Below, piece by piece: positions 1-10,195 of a stretch of 64,000 nucleotides of DNA; within the stretch, counting starts at the first letter, position 1; each line of letters starts with the position of its first letter. The notes under the pieces are model-generated. The model had not been told where the DNA came from. It made no database searches and was given only the letters and a program-made list of their open reading frames with translations. The position numbers and the translations under genes were made by a program. The stretch is from an uncultured Staphylococcaceae bacterium (GTDB taxonomy: Bacteria > Bacillota_I > Bacilli_A > RFN20 > CAG-826): the NCBI GenBank assembly GCA_964371305.1, contig CAYJLA010000002.1, positions 6,236 through 70,235 of the forward strand, read 5' to 3'.

Positions 1-1
1 G

Positions 2-1087
2 TTAATTAGTTTAACGGTTACATCATGTGTTAATGATTCTGTGTCAAACCTTTCAAGCATCTCAGACAATTCAAGTACAACTGACGCTAATAAACATGAA
101 TGGAATGAAACAACAAAAAAACTTTTAATAGATAACTTTGGTGAAGTGATTCCGTTTATTAAATTGAACGATGAATATACAAGTGTGTATGATGAGGTTT
201 CTGGTGTTCTTGTTATTAGTGATTACGGTTCAAGTATAGTGAACGATTACAAATCTGTACTAGATGAAAGTGGCTTTAAAGAAAGAAATGTATTAGACAG
301 CGCATATTACGTTAAAGATTCTGCCATAAGTGACGATTCTGAACTTTCCACACTTCTTAATTACGCTAACGGAAATTATATCTCCATAAGACTAATTCCC
401 AAAACATCTTTTTCATTTGGGTGGCCAAACGAAATTATACAAGATGTTTTAAGCACTAATAACGCTTCAGATATTGATGTTCCGCAATATCATAACCTTG
501 GAATAGTTACATATGTTAAAGATAGCAGTGGTATTGTGATGGCTTTTAATAGTAATACTAATGCACTTGAAACATATAACGATTTATTGTTAGCTAGTGC
601 AGATACACATTGGGTTATTGATAGTGATTCTATTGAAGGAATTATGTATTCTTATGCACTTGATTTTAGTGAGCGTATTTCCATTAGCATTTCAAGTATA
701 GAAAAAGGGAGTTATATTATTTCTATAACAACTAACATAGTCAAAAAATCGTATGATTTAATTTCTGATACTTTTCCAACTAATGAATTAAGCATTCTTT
801 TCGGAGCAAGCAATTTAAATTTAATACCAAAACCAGAAAATATCGGTAATTTTGGTTATAAGATGAAAATTGATGAAGAAAATAGTTTTGTAGAAATCAA
901 AACAGCTACTGAAAAAATATCTATTAATACACTGAATAATTATAAAGATCTACTGATCGAAAGTGGTTGGTCTATTAATGAGATAGATAATGTAACAGAA
1001 GCAAAGAATGACAAATTCAAAAACTGTATAATTAAAATATATTTAAGTAATAATTCGTTGGCCATTAAATATAATAAAATAAGTTAA
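2..1087 (+). CDS. hypothetical lipoprotein (5' end truncated by window edge)
   Basis: Frame continues to window start; N-terminal LISLTVTSC lipobox in frame; TAA stop at 1085-1087; no recognisable domain. Confidence 0.6.
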   Translation, partial: LISLTVTSCVNDSVSNLSSISDNSSTTDANKHEWNETTKKLLIDNFGEVIPFIKLNDEYTSVYDEVSGVLVISDYGSSIVNDYKSVLDESGFKERNVLDSAYYVKDSAISDDSELSTLLNYANGNYISIRLIPKTSFSFGWPNEIIQDVLSTNNASDIDVPQYHNLGIVTYVKDSSGIVMAFNSNTNALETYNDLLLASADTHWVIDSDSIEGIMYSYALDFSERISISISSIEKGSYIISITTNIVKKSYDLISDTFPTNELSILFGASNLNLIPKPENIGNFGYKMKIDEENSFVEIKTATEKISINTLNNYKDLLIESGWSINEIDNVTEAKNDKFKNCIIKIYLSNNSLAIKYNKIS

Positions 1088-1092
1088 ATAGT

Positions 1093-1986
1093 TTATTTTT
1101 CACTATTAAATATATATTCATCAATTTCTTCTTGAGTTAGAGAGTTTAATAATTGCTTTGGGTTTTCTAGATAACTTTTGAATAATTGAATTGTTTTAGC
1201 ATAATAAAAACCATGCGCAATTCTTTCATCAATTGTCATTGATAGTGGCAGAATTTCTTTTATCACAAGTTCATCATTTATTACTAAAGGACGTTTTGAT
1301 ATTTCACCAATTGTAAGAAATATTGAGTTAGTTCCTCTATTAGTTAAGTGGTGATAGCTAGCATTTAATTTTATTGAGCCTAAATTAGATATAAATACCG
1401 ATGAGTAATTCATATCAACTTTTGCAAGTGATTTTGGATACCACCCCCTATAATCTAAAAAGTTCAGAAAGCTAACTAAAGTTCTTACTAAAAAATGAGG
1501 CAATCTAGATATCGCTTTTAATTCTTGTGTTGACGGATCTAACTCAATTTCACGATTTTTGATTACTTCATGCACAATTTTCTCATGGACGCTTATAAGG
1601 GACTCGTTCTTGTCAAAATACATCATTGCCATTGCTTCACGAGCCGAATCTTTAAATTCTTTCTTTATTACAAATGATAAAGAATAATTATTTCTCTCGT
1701 AAAACTTTTTACCTTGTATAAAGTAATTCATTTTCGGTCTTAAAACGAGAGTTCTTAAAATTGCAGCTGAAACAATATGAAACGTTGTGAATCGCTTCGA
1801 CTTATCGGTAACACCATCATTTAATTCTTGCAACAAGTTATTTATTGCATCCATAGTTACAAATTCTTCAATGTATCCTTCATTGTCGCATCTATTTGGA
1901 TACATGCAACCCATCATGATATTTAGTGGTGGTTGATTTTTTAATCTTTTGCCATCATAACGATCGCCAAACTTTCTCTTTGCCAT
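1093..1986 (-). CDS. stand-alone 2-oxoacid dehydrogenase E2 / CAT-like acyltransferase catalytic-domain protein (putative)
   Basis: N-terminus MAKRKFGDRYDGKRLKN... typical of free E2-catalytic-domain proteins of Firmicutes; likely start is the internal ATG at 1986 (GGGAAG RBS-like upstream) rather than ORF-track start 2043. Confidence 0.5.
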   Translation of the reverse strand: MAKRKFGDRYDGKRLKNQPPLNIMMGCMYPNRCDNEGYIEEFVTMDAINNLLQELNDGVTDKSKRFTTFHIVSAAILRTLVLRPKMNYFIQGKKFYERNNYSLSFVIKKEFKDSAREAMAMMYFDKNESLISVHEKIVHEVIKNREIELDPSTQELKAISRLPHFLVRTLVSFLNFLDYRGWYPKSLAKVDMNYSSVFISNLGSIKLNASYHHLTNRGTNSIFLTIGEISKRPLVINDELVIKEILPLSMTIDERIAHGFYYAKTIQLFKSYLENPKQLLNSLTQEEIDEYIFNSEK

Positions 1987-2089
1987 TTCTTCCCTTTCGT
2001 TCAAAGTAAAACACACAAAACAAATCCGTTTTACAAGAAACACTTCTATTACGTTTATTTTACTTCAAAAATTAGACTAATAAAATACA

Positions 2090-2965
2090 CTATTTAAGAT
2101 TTGGGATTTCAGGGAATGGTCTTTCAATACCCAAAGATACCCAGTATATGGCTCCAGCCCCAGGACCTACATGTAAATACATAGATGGAGATAGTTGCGT
2201 TTCAATATATTCAAAGCGACCAATTCTTAAAAATAAATATTCTTTTAGGTTATCAACAGGAGCTTTGCTATCTGAATAACCCATAATAATAGGATATAGT
2301 TTATTAACAGGATATTTTTCCATTTCATTTACGATTATATCAAAAGCTTGTTTAGTGCCACGTCCTTTACCTGCGACTCCGCCTTGACCATTTGGGAAAT
2401 AAACAACAGGTTTAAATCTTAAGAAGCTACCTAAAATAGCTTCCATTCTTGAAAGTCTTCCACCTCTATATAGATGATCAAGACTATCAACAATTGAATA
2501 AATATGAATATGTGTGCACAACTCTCTTAAATAATTAGCTAATTCAGCCAATTTCATTGCATCGCGAAGTCTTACTGCTTCCCTTGTTAATATTTCAAAA
2601 CCACCAACAAACAGCTTTGAATCAACAATTTCAATATGTTCATAATTTAACATTTCTTTAGCAAGTATTGCAGATTGATAAGTTCCAGAAGCTAAACTAG
2701 ACATTGTTATACAAAGTATCGCGTCGCCGCTTGTCTTTGCTTCTTCAAACACTTTCAAAAACATATCCGGTGAAGGTTGAGAAGTTTTTGGTAGTTTTTT
2801 AAGCCCGGCTATCATAGGAATAAATTCATCTATAGAAACATCAACATTATCTTGATATGACTTATCAGTAAAATTTATTGAAAGGGGAACGATTGTAATA
2901 TCTAGTTTTTTAGACATTTCTGGTGAAATGCAATTAGCGCTGTCTGTAATTATTTTTATTTTCAT
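2090..2965 (-). CDS. DegV family fatty-acid-binding protein
   Basis: MKIKIITDS... TSQPSP motif, length 291 aa, typical DegV/FakB architecture. Confidence 0.85.
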   Translation of the reverse strand: MKIKIITDSANCISPEMSKKLDITIVPLSINFTDKSYQDNVDVSIDEFIPMIAGLKKLPKTSQPSPDMFLKVFEEAKTSGDAILCITMSSLASGTYQSAILAKEMLNYEHIEIVDSKLFVGGFEILTREAVRLRDAMKLAELANYLRELCTHIHIYSIVDSLDHLYRGGRLSRMEAILGSFLRFKPVVYFPNGQGGVAGKGRGTKQAFDIIVNEMEKYPVNKLYPIIMGYSDSKAPVDNLKEYLFLRIGRFEYIETQLSPSMYLHVGPGAGAIYWVSLGIERPFPEIPNLK

Positions 2966-3251
2966 CTAAGTAACCTCCTTAAAGATGTGTATTACTATTG
3001 TAGCAGTATTTTAATTTATATTATCACTACTATTATTATTAATATAGTAGAGAAAATATTTTTTAACTCTACTGTCAGTAGAAATCGTGTGTTAATCACT
3101 ATCTATTAGTATATATTATGCCAAAACTTTAAATTAAACGTATTAATAATGTGTTAATTATTTATATATTGAGCAAAGTTACAATTTAAAATAATTTTGC
3201 AATAATAATATAATTATTATATAATTGAAAAACGAAATAAGGACAATTATT

Positions 3252-4928
3252 ATGAATTTATATAAGAAAATATTTATTGCAACTACATTGTTAGTGTTAA
3301 CAAGTTGCGGTATATCAACAGAACTATCAAACAACACAAATAATAATACAAATAGTGATACAACATTTCCGGCAACTGATCCAAGTATATCGGTTAGCGC
3401 TGGTAATGTAAGTATACCTGAGGATGGTAACTCTATTCATTTAAAGGATAGCGGATCATCTACAAATTCAAGCAATGTTATCATAACTGGTGATAATATC
3501 GAAATAACTGAAATAGGCGAATACTATATTACAGGCTCTTTAAGTAATGGGAGTATTTTAATTACTGCAACCGTAGACTTAGCTGATATTTCTAATGATA
3601 CTGTAGTTTTGAACATTAACGGCGTAAGTTTAACCTCTAGTACAAAAACTCCAATTAACAGCACTTCTGATGCTAAATTAAAAATAAGAAAAGTTGAAGG
3701 GTCAACTAATATTATTACTGACAATAGAACTCGTTCAACCGATACACTATATGATTATAACAACAACGGTGAAGGTGCAATTTTTTCCAATAAAAGAATG
3801 GATATCATTGGACATGGAACACTACAAGTTAAAGGACTATATAATCATGGATTACAAAGTGACAAAACTATCGGTGTAAAAAATGGTAAGTTATACATTC
3901 AAGCATACAATGAAGCAATTAGAAGTGATGTGGGTATTCATGTTGGAGAGTACGATGAACAAACGAATGCTTTGGAAGGTGGATATGTACAAATTTCAAC
4001 AACAACTGGTCATGGTTTGTTTTCAAACGTTAAAACAAATGATGTTGTTGATGAAAGATTTGGGATTTATGTTTGGGATGGTGAATTAATTATAAATGCA
4101 ATAGAAGGTGACGCTATTAAAAGTGAAACCGATGTTTACATTAAAGATGGCAATCTTACACTGAGCACAAGCAACTATTATGTAGCTATTCAAGATCAAG
4201 AGATTGAAAAAGCTGGTAATGGCGATGCTATTCAAGCCGATTACGATTTAACAATTGATGGTGGTAACATTAACGTTGTAAAATCATATAAAGGTTTTAA
4301 AGCACTAAATATTTACATTAATGGTGGCACTCATAAAATAGTTTCAGAAGGTGATGGTATTGCAACAAACATATTGGCGGAAATGTCATCAAGCATTGAA
4401 TCAACAATTGTCATCGCTGGCGGAGTTACATCTATTTTGAGTTTTAAAGACGGCATGCAGCTTGAAAAAGGTGGGGAAATGACCGGTGGCACACTTGCCA
4501 TTTCTTCAGGAACTGTTGGTATCAAGTCGGATTTTAATAACTTTATAGTAACTGGCGGAACACTTTTTGGACAATTCAATCATATTATTGGTCGTGTGAA
4601 TTTTACGGGTACCCAAATTGTTAAAACTAGCTATTTAAATGTGAATACAACAAGTAACTTGGTCGAAGAAGGTTCATATTATGTTGCAAAACTTGACGGT
4701 ACAAATATATCACATGCATTACAGGTTGAACTAGATCTACAAAATCATTATGCAGACAATAAACCTGCATATGAATTAGCAGCTAAATATATGTTTTATT
4801 CGACACCTGGAATTAATGATGCGTACAGCATTCAAATTGGAAAATGTAGTAATCTTAGTGGACAAACAGAAATTATAAATAACTTATCATCTGGAGGAAC
4901 ATCAAGCGACTTTGTTCGTTTTAGTTAA
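3252..4928 (+). CDS. beta-helix carbohydrate-binding-domain lipoprotein (Cthe_2159/DUF4353-like)
   Basis: AAGGA RBS 9 nt before ATG 3252; LVLTSCG lipobox; repetitive G-x-x-I/V-x-I beta-helix-like rungs; resembles Cthe_2159-family proteins. Confidence 0.5.
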   Translation: MNLYKKIFIATTLLVLTSCGISTELSNNTNNNTNSDTTFPATDPSISVSAGNVSIPEDGNSIHLKDSGSSTNSSNVIITGDNIEITEIGEYYITGSLSNGSILITATVDLADISNDTVVLNINGVSLTSSTKTPINSTSDAKLKIRKVEGSTNIITDNRTRSTDTLYDYNNNGEGAIFSNKRMDIIGHGTLQVKGLYNHGLQSDKTIGVKNGKLYIQAYNEAIRSDVGIHVGEYDEQTNALEGGYVQISTTTGHGLFSNVKTNDVVDERFGIYVWDGELIINAIEGDAIKSETDVYIKDGNLTLSTSNYYVAIQDQEIEKAGNGDAIQADYDLTIDGGNINVVKSYKGFKALNIYINGGTHKIVSEGDGIATNILAEMSSSIESTIVIAGGVTSILSFKDGMQLEKGGEMTGGTLAISSGTVGIKSDFNNFIVTGGTLFGQFNHIIGRVNFTGTQIVKTSYLNVNTTSNLVEEGSYYVAKLDGTNISHALQVELDLQNHYADNKPAYELAAKYMFYSTPGINDAYSIQIGKCSNLSGQTEIINNLSSGGTSSDFVRFS

Positions 4929-4933
4929 GTTAT

Positions 4934-5656
4934 ATGGCGGGCTCATTTAAAAGAAAAGAACTAAAATACTTAGTAAATGATGTGCAAATGAAGACTCTTT
5001 TGGATGCGGCAAAACAATATACAGAATTCGATAAATTTTCAGTAAACGGAGAATTTTACCATATAAAAAATGTTTATTTCGATAATGTAAATAGCGATAT
5101 GATTCGCTTATCCGTAGGAAAACCAAAATTCAAAGAAAAAATTCGCGCAAGACAGTACGGTTTTGACGAAACACTTCCAATTTACTTAGAGTTGAAGAAA
5201 AAAATTCAAGGAATTGTGGTCAAAAGAAGAATATCTATTTCAAAAGATGACTTTACTAAATTTTGTATAGACAATACATTGCCAGAAAAAAACAAACCAT
5301 TAAATAAATTTATTTGCGAAGAAATTAAGTTTTGCATGCAAAAATTTGGTAAAATAATACCGATGATACAAATTAATTATGATCGTCTCGCATTATTCAA
5401 TAAAGAAGGTCAACCATATTTAAGGATGACATTTGATAAAAATTTGAAAGCGAAAAGAAAAAATATTGATTTTAAAGAAGGTGAAATGTATTATTTACTA
5501 GATGAAGGAACCTATATTGTAGAAATCAAAGTAAAAGATGCCACGCCTTTATGGTTGACAAAAGTATTAGGTGAACATCAAATTTATAGAGCATCGTATT
5601 CTAAATATGGTAAAGAATACCAAAATTTATATTTATTAAATGATAAGGAGAATTAA
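4934..5656 (+). CDS. VTC (polyphosphate-polymerase-like / triphosphate tunnel) domain protein
   Basis: N-terminal KRKELKYLV motif and ~240 aa size typical of bacterial VTC-domain proteins; 5 nt after upstream gene. Confidence 0.6.
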   Translation: MAGSFKRKELKYLVNDVQMKTLLDAAKQYTEFDKFSVNGEFYHIKNVYFDNVNSDMIRLSVGKPKFKEKIRARQYGFDETLPIYLELKKKIQGIVVKRRISISKDDFTKFCIDNTLPEKNKPLNKFICEEIKFCMQKFGKIIPMIQINYDRLALFNKEGQPYLRMTFDKNLKAKRKNIDFKEGEMYYLLDEGTYIVEIKVKDATPLWLTKVLGEHQIYRASYSKYGKEYQNLYLLNDKEN

Positions 5657-5659
5657 TTT

Positions 5660-6367
5660 ATGGATATGTTTAAATCAGTATTTGATGTATTTTCTGGAAC
5701 TCAGACTTACATCGCAATCGTTTTGGTTATACTAGTAGCATTATTGCTTGGTCTATTGATAGCGTTAGGTTACTGGTTCATTAATCGAAATAGTTTTATG
5801 AACAAGCAAGTTGCAATCGCTATAGTTGTTATTCCAGCTAGTTTGTCAATTTTTATGGCCTTATTTAACTTAAGAGCTACGGAGTTAGCAGTTTCATTCG
5901 GTGCTAGTATTTTGGTATCTGGATTATTCATAACAAGGTTTAGAAGTGCTCCTGTTGAAATACTTGATTTGGCGTTAATATCGTTATCTACATTTGTAGG
6001 ACTTGGTGCTGGATTAGGGTATATTTCATATGCTGCAATTGGTGCAATAGTTGTAATAGGTGCATATGTTGGTGTTTCTCACATTAAATTATTTAAACAT
6101 GATAACTGTGAAAAAGACGTTAGGATTTTGGTGCCAGAAAGTCTAGATTATGAACACTTATTTGATGATATATTTAAACAATATTGCGTAAGAAAAACTT
6201 TGGTTAAAACTAAGACAATCGATTATGGACAACTATTTGAGTTAAGATATATTGTAAAGTTTAAAAATAATATCAATGAAAGAGAATTTATTGATAAGAT
6301 TAGAATTTTAAATGGAAATATGATGGTTATTGTCGCTGCAAGAAACCTAAATGTAGTTCAAAAATAA
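5660..6367 (+). CDS. DUF4956 domain membrane protein
   Basis: 4 TM N-terminal half, TRFRSAP and LFELRY motifs, soluble C-terminal half; characteristic partner of VTC-domain genes. Confidence 0.6.
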   Translation: MDMFKSVFDVFSGTQTYIAIVLVILVALLLGLLIALGYWFINRNSFMNKQVAIAIVVIPASLSIFMALFNLRATELAVSFGASILVSGLFITRFRSAPVEILDLALISLSTFVGLGAGLGYISYAAIGAIVVIGAYVGVSHIKLFKHDNCEKDVRILVPESLDYEHLFDDIFKQYCVRKTLVKTKTIDYGQLFELRYIVKFKNNINEREFIDKIRILNGNMMVIVAARNLNVVQK

Positions 6368-6368
6368 C

Positions 6369-7433
6369 ATGGAAAATATTGAAGAAGTAAAACAGCAGAC
6401 AAGATTTCAAAAAGCAATTGCCTATCTATCAATTACATCATCTGGTATGGCACTTGGTCTTTTTGCAACACTTATTATCGGCGTAGTTATAAGTGAAGTA
6501 GGTAAAGCTATTGGATATGTTCCAATTGATCAAATTGGAATTATTTTAAAGTCGCTTATGGGCGCTGGAATAGCTTTAGGTATTGCTCTTACATTAAAAC
6601 AAAATAGTTTACTTGAAATAGTATCATGTATGGTTGTTGGCGCTATTGCTACATCACTTACATATAATGATACTTATCAATTCACATTTGCTTTAAATTC
6701 AAATGGCAATCCATTGATGGCTTATTTAGTTGTTATTATTACAATTGCACTTACTAAGTTAATTTTAATTAAAAAAACACCAATTGATATTATTTTGGTT
6801 CCTTTGTTATATGTAGTAATAGGTTCTTTAATTACGTTTGGATTAATTATACCAATTACAATTATTATTGATGGTATAGAGATATTTGTAAGCACTGCTA
6901 CAACATATCAACCGTTTTTAATGGGAATTGTAATTGCGGTGGTTATGGGTATGTGTTTAACTGCTCCTATATCTTCAGTCGCAATAGCAATAGCAATAAA
7001 TTTATCTGGTATTGGTGGTGGCGCAGCAGCAGTTGGTTGTTGTGTTCAAATGGTTGGTTTTGCCACCCAATCTGCAAGAGAAAATAACATAGGAAAAGTT
7101 TTGTCGGTAGGCATTGGGACATCTATGCTTCAGTACTCAAATATAATCAAAAACCCACGTATTTGGTTGCCTACAATTATTACTTCAGCAATACTTGGGC
7201 CGTTATCAACAACTGTCTTCATGTTAGAATCTTCATCTATTGGTGCTGGTATGGGAACTTGTGCTTTATTAGGTCCGATTCAACTTATTATTACTACTCA
7301 GAAAATCAATGTAGCACTTGCATGGAGCGGAACAATAGTTCTTTGTATTGTTGCACCAATCATAATGGTGTTTTTGCTTGATTTAGCACTGCGAAAAATT
7401 AACTGGATAAAAGAAGGAGACCTAAGATTATAA
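6369..7433 (+). CDS. polytopic membrane protein, PfoR / PTS-EIIC_2-like (putative)
   Basis: 354 aa, ~10 TM helices, glycine-rich GIGGGAAAVG loop; resembles PF13303 family; assignment tentative. Confidence 0.4.
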   Translation: MENIEEVKQQTRFQKAIAYLSITSSGMALGLFATLIIGVVISEVGKAIGYVPIDQIGIILKSLMGAGIALGIALTLKQNSLLEIVSCMVVGAIATSLTYNDTYQFTFALNSNGNPLMAYLVVIITIALTKLILIKKTPIDIILVPLLYVVIGSLITFGLIIPITIIIDGIEIFVSTATTYQPFLMGIVIAVVMGMCLTAPISSVAIAIAINLSGIGGGAAAVGCCVQMVGFATQSARENNIGKVLSVGIGTSMLQYSNIIKNPRIWLPTIITSAILGPLSTTVFMLESSSIGAGMGTCALLGPIQLIITTQKINVALAWSGTIVLCIVAPIIMVFLLDLALRKINWIKEGDLRL

Positions 7434-7446
7434 GGTCTCTTTTTTA
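7417..7446 (+). terminator. rho-independent terminator (hairpin GAGACCT/AGGTCTC + T-run), overlaps stop codon of 6369..7433
   Basis: 7-bp GC-containing stem 7417-7423/7433-7439, 9-nt loop, TTTTTT 7440-7446; A-rich on the other side, may act bidirectionally for pepT. Confidence 0.6.
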
Positions 7447-7477
7447 ATATTTAAATCAATTTTTGCAGATATTTTTA

Positions 7478-8674
7478 TTAAACTGCTGCGATTTGAAGAG
7501 CGATTTTAACTAAAATTTCCATTTCTTCAAGTACGGCATATTCATGACGAGAATGATGATTATAAGATCCAGTACCAAGATTAATCATAGGTACTCCTAA
7601 GTATGTTATTCTTGCCCCATCAGTGCCACCTCTTATCGGTTTAAATTCATATTTTAAATTAAGTATATCAAATGCTTTTTCTGCACACTTCACGACTTGT
7701 AAGTTGTCTTTTATGACTTCGTACATGTTTAGATATTGTTCTTTTACTTCATATGTAATCTTACTTGTTGGGTATTGATTTTGAATTTTATTAATACATT
7801 CAATAATTGCTTCAACTCTATTTTTTGCAAGGTTCAAATCATGATCTCTAATTATCAGTGAAAATTTTATTTCGTCACTGGTGCCATTGATGTCACATAA
7901 ATGATAAAAACCTTCTCTATTTTCAGTGTAAAAAGGAGTTTCTTTTGGAGGCAATATGTTTGCCAATTTAGAAAATACTTCAATTGCGTTAACCATTATA
8001 CCTTTTGCATCTCCTGTATGAATCGAAACGCCGGTAATTGTAATATCCATTCCGAAAGCATTAAAGTTTTCTATATTTATTTCATTGTATGCTCCTCCAT
8101 CAAAAGTGTATGCATACTTAGCTTTAAATAAATCATTATTAAAGTAATCTGCTCCTCTACCAATTTCTTCATCTGGTGTAAAAAGTATGTAAACAGTACG
8201 CCTTAGTTGTTGAGGTAACTTAACATACCGTTCAATGAAATCCATTATAATTGCGACACCGCACTTATCATCTCCGCCAAGTAACGTTGTTCCATCAGTA
8301 ACAATTAATGTTTTGCCAATATGATTATTTAATGTTGGGTAATTAATAATATCTATTTTGTATTCTTTATTCAAAGCAATATCTTGTCCATCATAATTTT
8401 CAATTACTCTTGGCATAACATTTTTACCACTAACATCGCTTGCAGTATCTACATGAGCACAAAATCCAATAGCGTCATATTTTAGATTTCCTTCAATAGT
8501 GCAATATAGGCGTCCATATTTATCTAAAATAGGAGTGAGGCCAAAATTTTTCAATTGTTCTAGCAAGATATTTTGTAAGACTAATTGATTCGTAGAGGAT
8601 GGTGTAGAAAGGCTATTTTCATCCGAAGTAGTATATATTTTTGTATATTTTATAAAATTATCAAGTAATGACAT
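7478..8674 (-). CDS. pepT: peptidase T (tripeptide aminopeptidase, M20B)
   Basis: Full-length similarity pattern to PepT (metal-binding His/Asp/Glu blocks, ~400 aa); GGAG RBS before ATG at 8674. Confidence 0.88.
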   Translation of the reverse strand: MSLLDNFIKYTKIYTTSDENSLSTPSSTNQLVLQNILLEQLKNFGLTPILDKYGRLYCTIEGNLKYDAIGFCAHVDTASDVSGKNVMPRVIENYDGQDIALNKEYKIDIINYPTLNNHIGKTLIVTDGTTLLGGDDKCGVAIIMDFIERYVKLPQQLRRTVYILFTPDEEIGRGADYFNNDLFKAKYAYTFDGGAYNEINIENFNAFGMDITITGVSIHTGDAKGIMVNAIEVFSKLANILPPKETPFYTENREGFYHLCDINGTSDEIKFSLIIRDHDLNLAKNRVEAIIECINKIQNQYPTSKITYEVKEQYLNMYEVIKDNLQVVKCAEKAFDILNLKYEFKPIRGGTDGARITYLGVPMINLGTGSYNHHSRHEYAVLEEMEILVKIALQIAAV

Positions 8675-8851
8675 AATGTATCTCCATTCTAATAACATTA
8701 TATCTTAATTTATGACATATATGTCGTATGTTTATTGTTATAATACGTTTCAAGAAAACAGTAACTAAAGTTATATAAAAGTTGTTTTATTAATTTATTA
8801 TTATTATTAAAGCAAAGGGCTTACTTAATGTACATTTAAGAGGATTGTAAT

Positions 8852-9601
8852 ATGAAGAATATTAAAATTAGATTTTCAACTTTATTGCTTATTGTGCCAC
8901 TTGTTGCAAGTTGTGGTGAAAGTATGACAACGTTGAGAAATCGTGCTTTAGAGACAATTGAAAATATGAATGAATGGAGCAGAAAGGGAACTGTTACAAC
9001 ATATCTTGATGTTGTTGATGAAGGCGCAATTATTGAAGAGGGATCCAGTGTTGATTTTGATGAGCTCGAGTATATAAATTATGAAATGTACAATAGTTTG
9101 GATGGAAACTATAAAATATATCAACAAGTATCTTATGATAGAGATAATTCAACATTATATATTATAAACTTTAACGAGTTTAGTGGGACTAATACCATCG
9201 CAAAAGAACAACTGGATTATAATGCTGCAAAGAATGATTTTATGGAATTGGCAAATGATAATAAGTGGACATATATTTTTGATAACACCCTGCATACATT
9301 AAAAGAATCACTTAATAATAGCGAGTTTGATTATTATCACGGCGATAATGAAGGTGGTTCAACATATGTTCTAAAAGATGAAAAAAATCATATGTTTAGA
9401 TATCAACCTGAAAATGAATATATATTTTATGTTGTAGATGGTGGTGCTGATTTTGTAGGCAATAATGATGATCAAACAACAGCTGTTATTTTAGATAATT
9501 TTGAAATTACTAATTCATTTCTTGATCTTGCTACAAAAAACAATGTATCAATAGAAGAATTCTTAAGTAATATTGAACAATATAACTTTGACACAAACTA
9601 A
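8852..9601 (+). CDS. hypothetical lipoprotein
   Basis: MKNIKIRFSTLLLIVPLVASCG signal peptide + lipobox; acidic Asn/Asp/Tyr-rich mature part. Confidence 0.6.
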   Translation: MKNIKIRFSTLLLIVPLVASCGESMTTLRNRALETIENMNEWSRKGTVTTYLDVVDEGAIIEEGSSVDFDELEYINYEMYNSLDGNYKIYQQVSYDRDNSTLYIINFNEFSGTNTIAKEQLDYNAAKNDFMELANDNKWTYIFDNTLHTLKESLNNSEFDYYHGDNEGGSTYVLKDEKNHMFRYQPENEYIFYVVDGGADFVGNNDDQTTAVILDNFEITNSFLDLATKNNVSIEEFLSNIEQYNFDTN

Positions 9602-9686
9602 ATAGTTGTACACATTATTTGAACTCAATTATACATATAACTTTATTTTTACTAATTATAATTGTATTATAATATACGGAAATATT

Positions 9687-10184
9687 ATGTGGAATAAAGA
9701 GAATTTAAACTTAATACAATTTAATCCTTACACTGAGATAAAAAACGTGTGGTTTTTATTAACCATTAAAAGTGGCGATAAATACAATTCAATGACTTGC
9801 TCCTGGGGAAGTACGGGCGTGTTATGGAATAAAAATGTATTTAATGTTTTTGTAAGGCACTCTCGCTACAGTCATGAGTTCATTGAAAGTGCTGAATATT
9901 TTACTATTTCTTTTTTTGATTTAGATAAAAGATCGATTTTGCAAGAATTAGGCACAAAAAGTGGAAGAGAAATCGATAAAATGAACATTAAAGGTATAAC
10001 ACCTATTGAAATAGAACCAGGGTGTATTGTCTATGAAGAGGCTTTTAAAGTAATTACATGTAAAAAATTACATAAAACTTTGATTGATATTTCATCACTG
10101 GAAGATATTAAAACTACATTTTACCCTAAAAACGATATGCATGATATGTATATTGGAGAAATTTTAAATATATACACCAAATAA
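9687..10184 (+). CDS. flavin reductase-like (FMN-binding split-barrel) domain protein
   Basis: MWNKENLNLIQFNPY... pattern typical of flavin reductase family; start moved to ATG 9687 (first 27 codons of ORF-track call are AT-rich, no RBS). Confidence 0.55.
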   Translation: MWNKENLNLIQFNPYTEIKNVWFLLTIKSGDKYNSMTCSWGSTGVLWNKNVFNVFVRHSRYSHEFIESAEYFTISFFDLDKRSILQELGTKSGREIDKMNIKGITPIEIEPGCIVYEEAFKVITCKKLHKTLIDISSLEDIKTTFYPKNDMHDMYIGEILNIYTK

Positions 10185-10195
10185 AGGAGATTTTT

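Noticed and set aside
3524-4579. Small ORFs on both strands inside the Cthe_2159-like lipoprotein gene (3524..3724, 3694..3879, 3883..4089, 4331..4579)
   Set aside because: Embedded in a long ORF with signal peptide and repeat structure; no independent signals.
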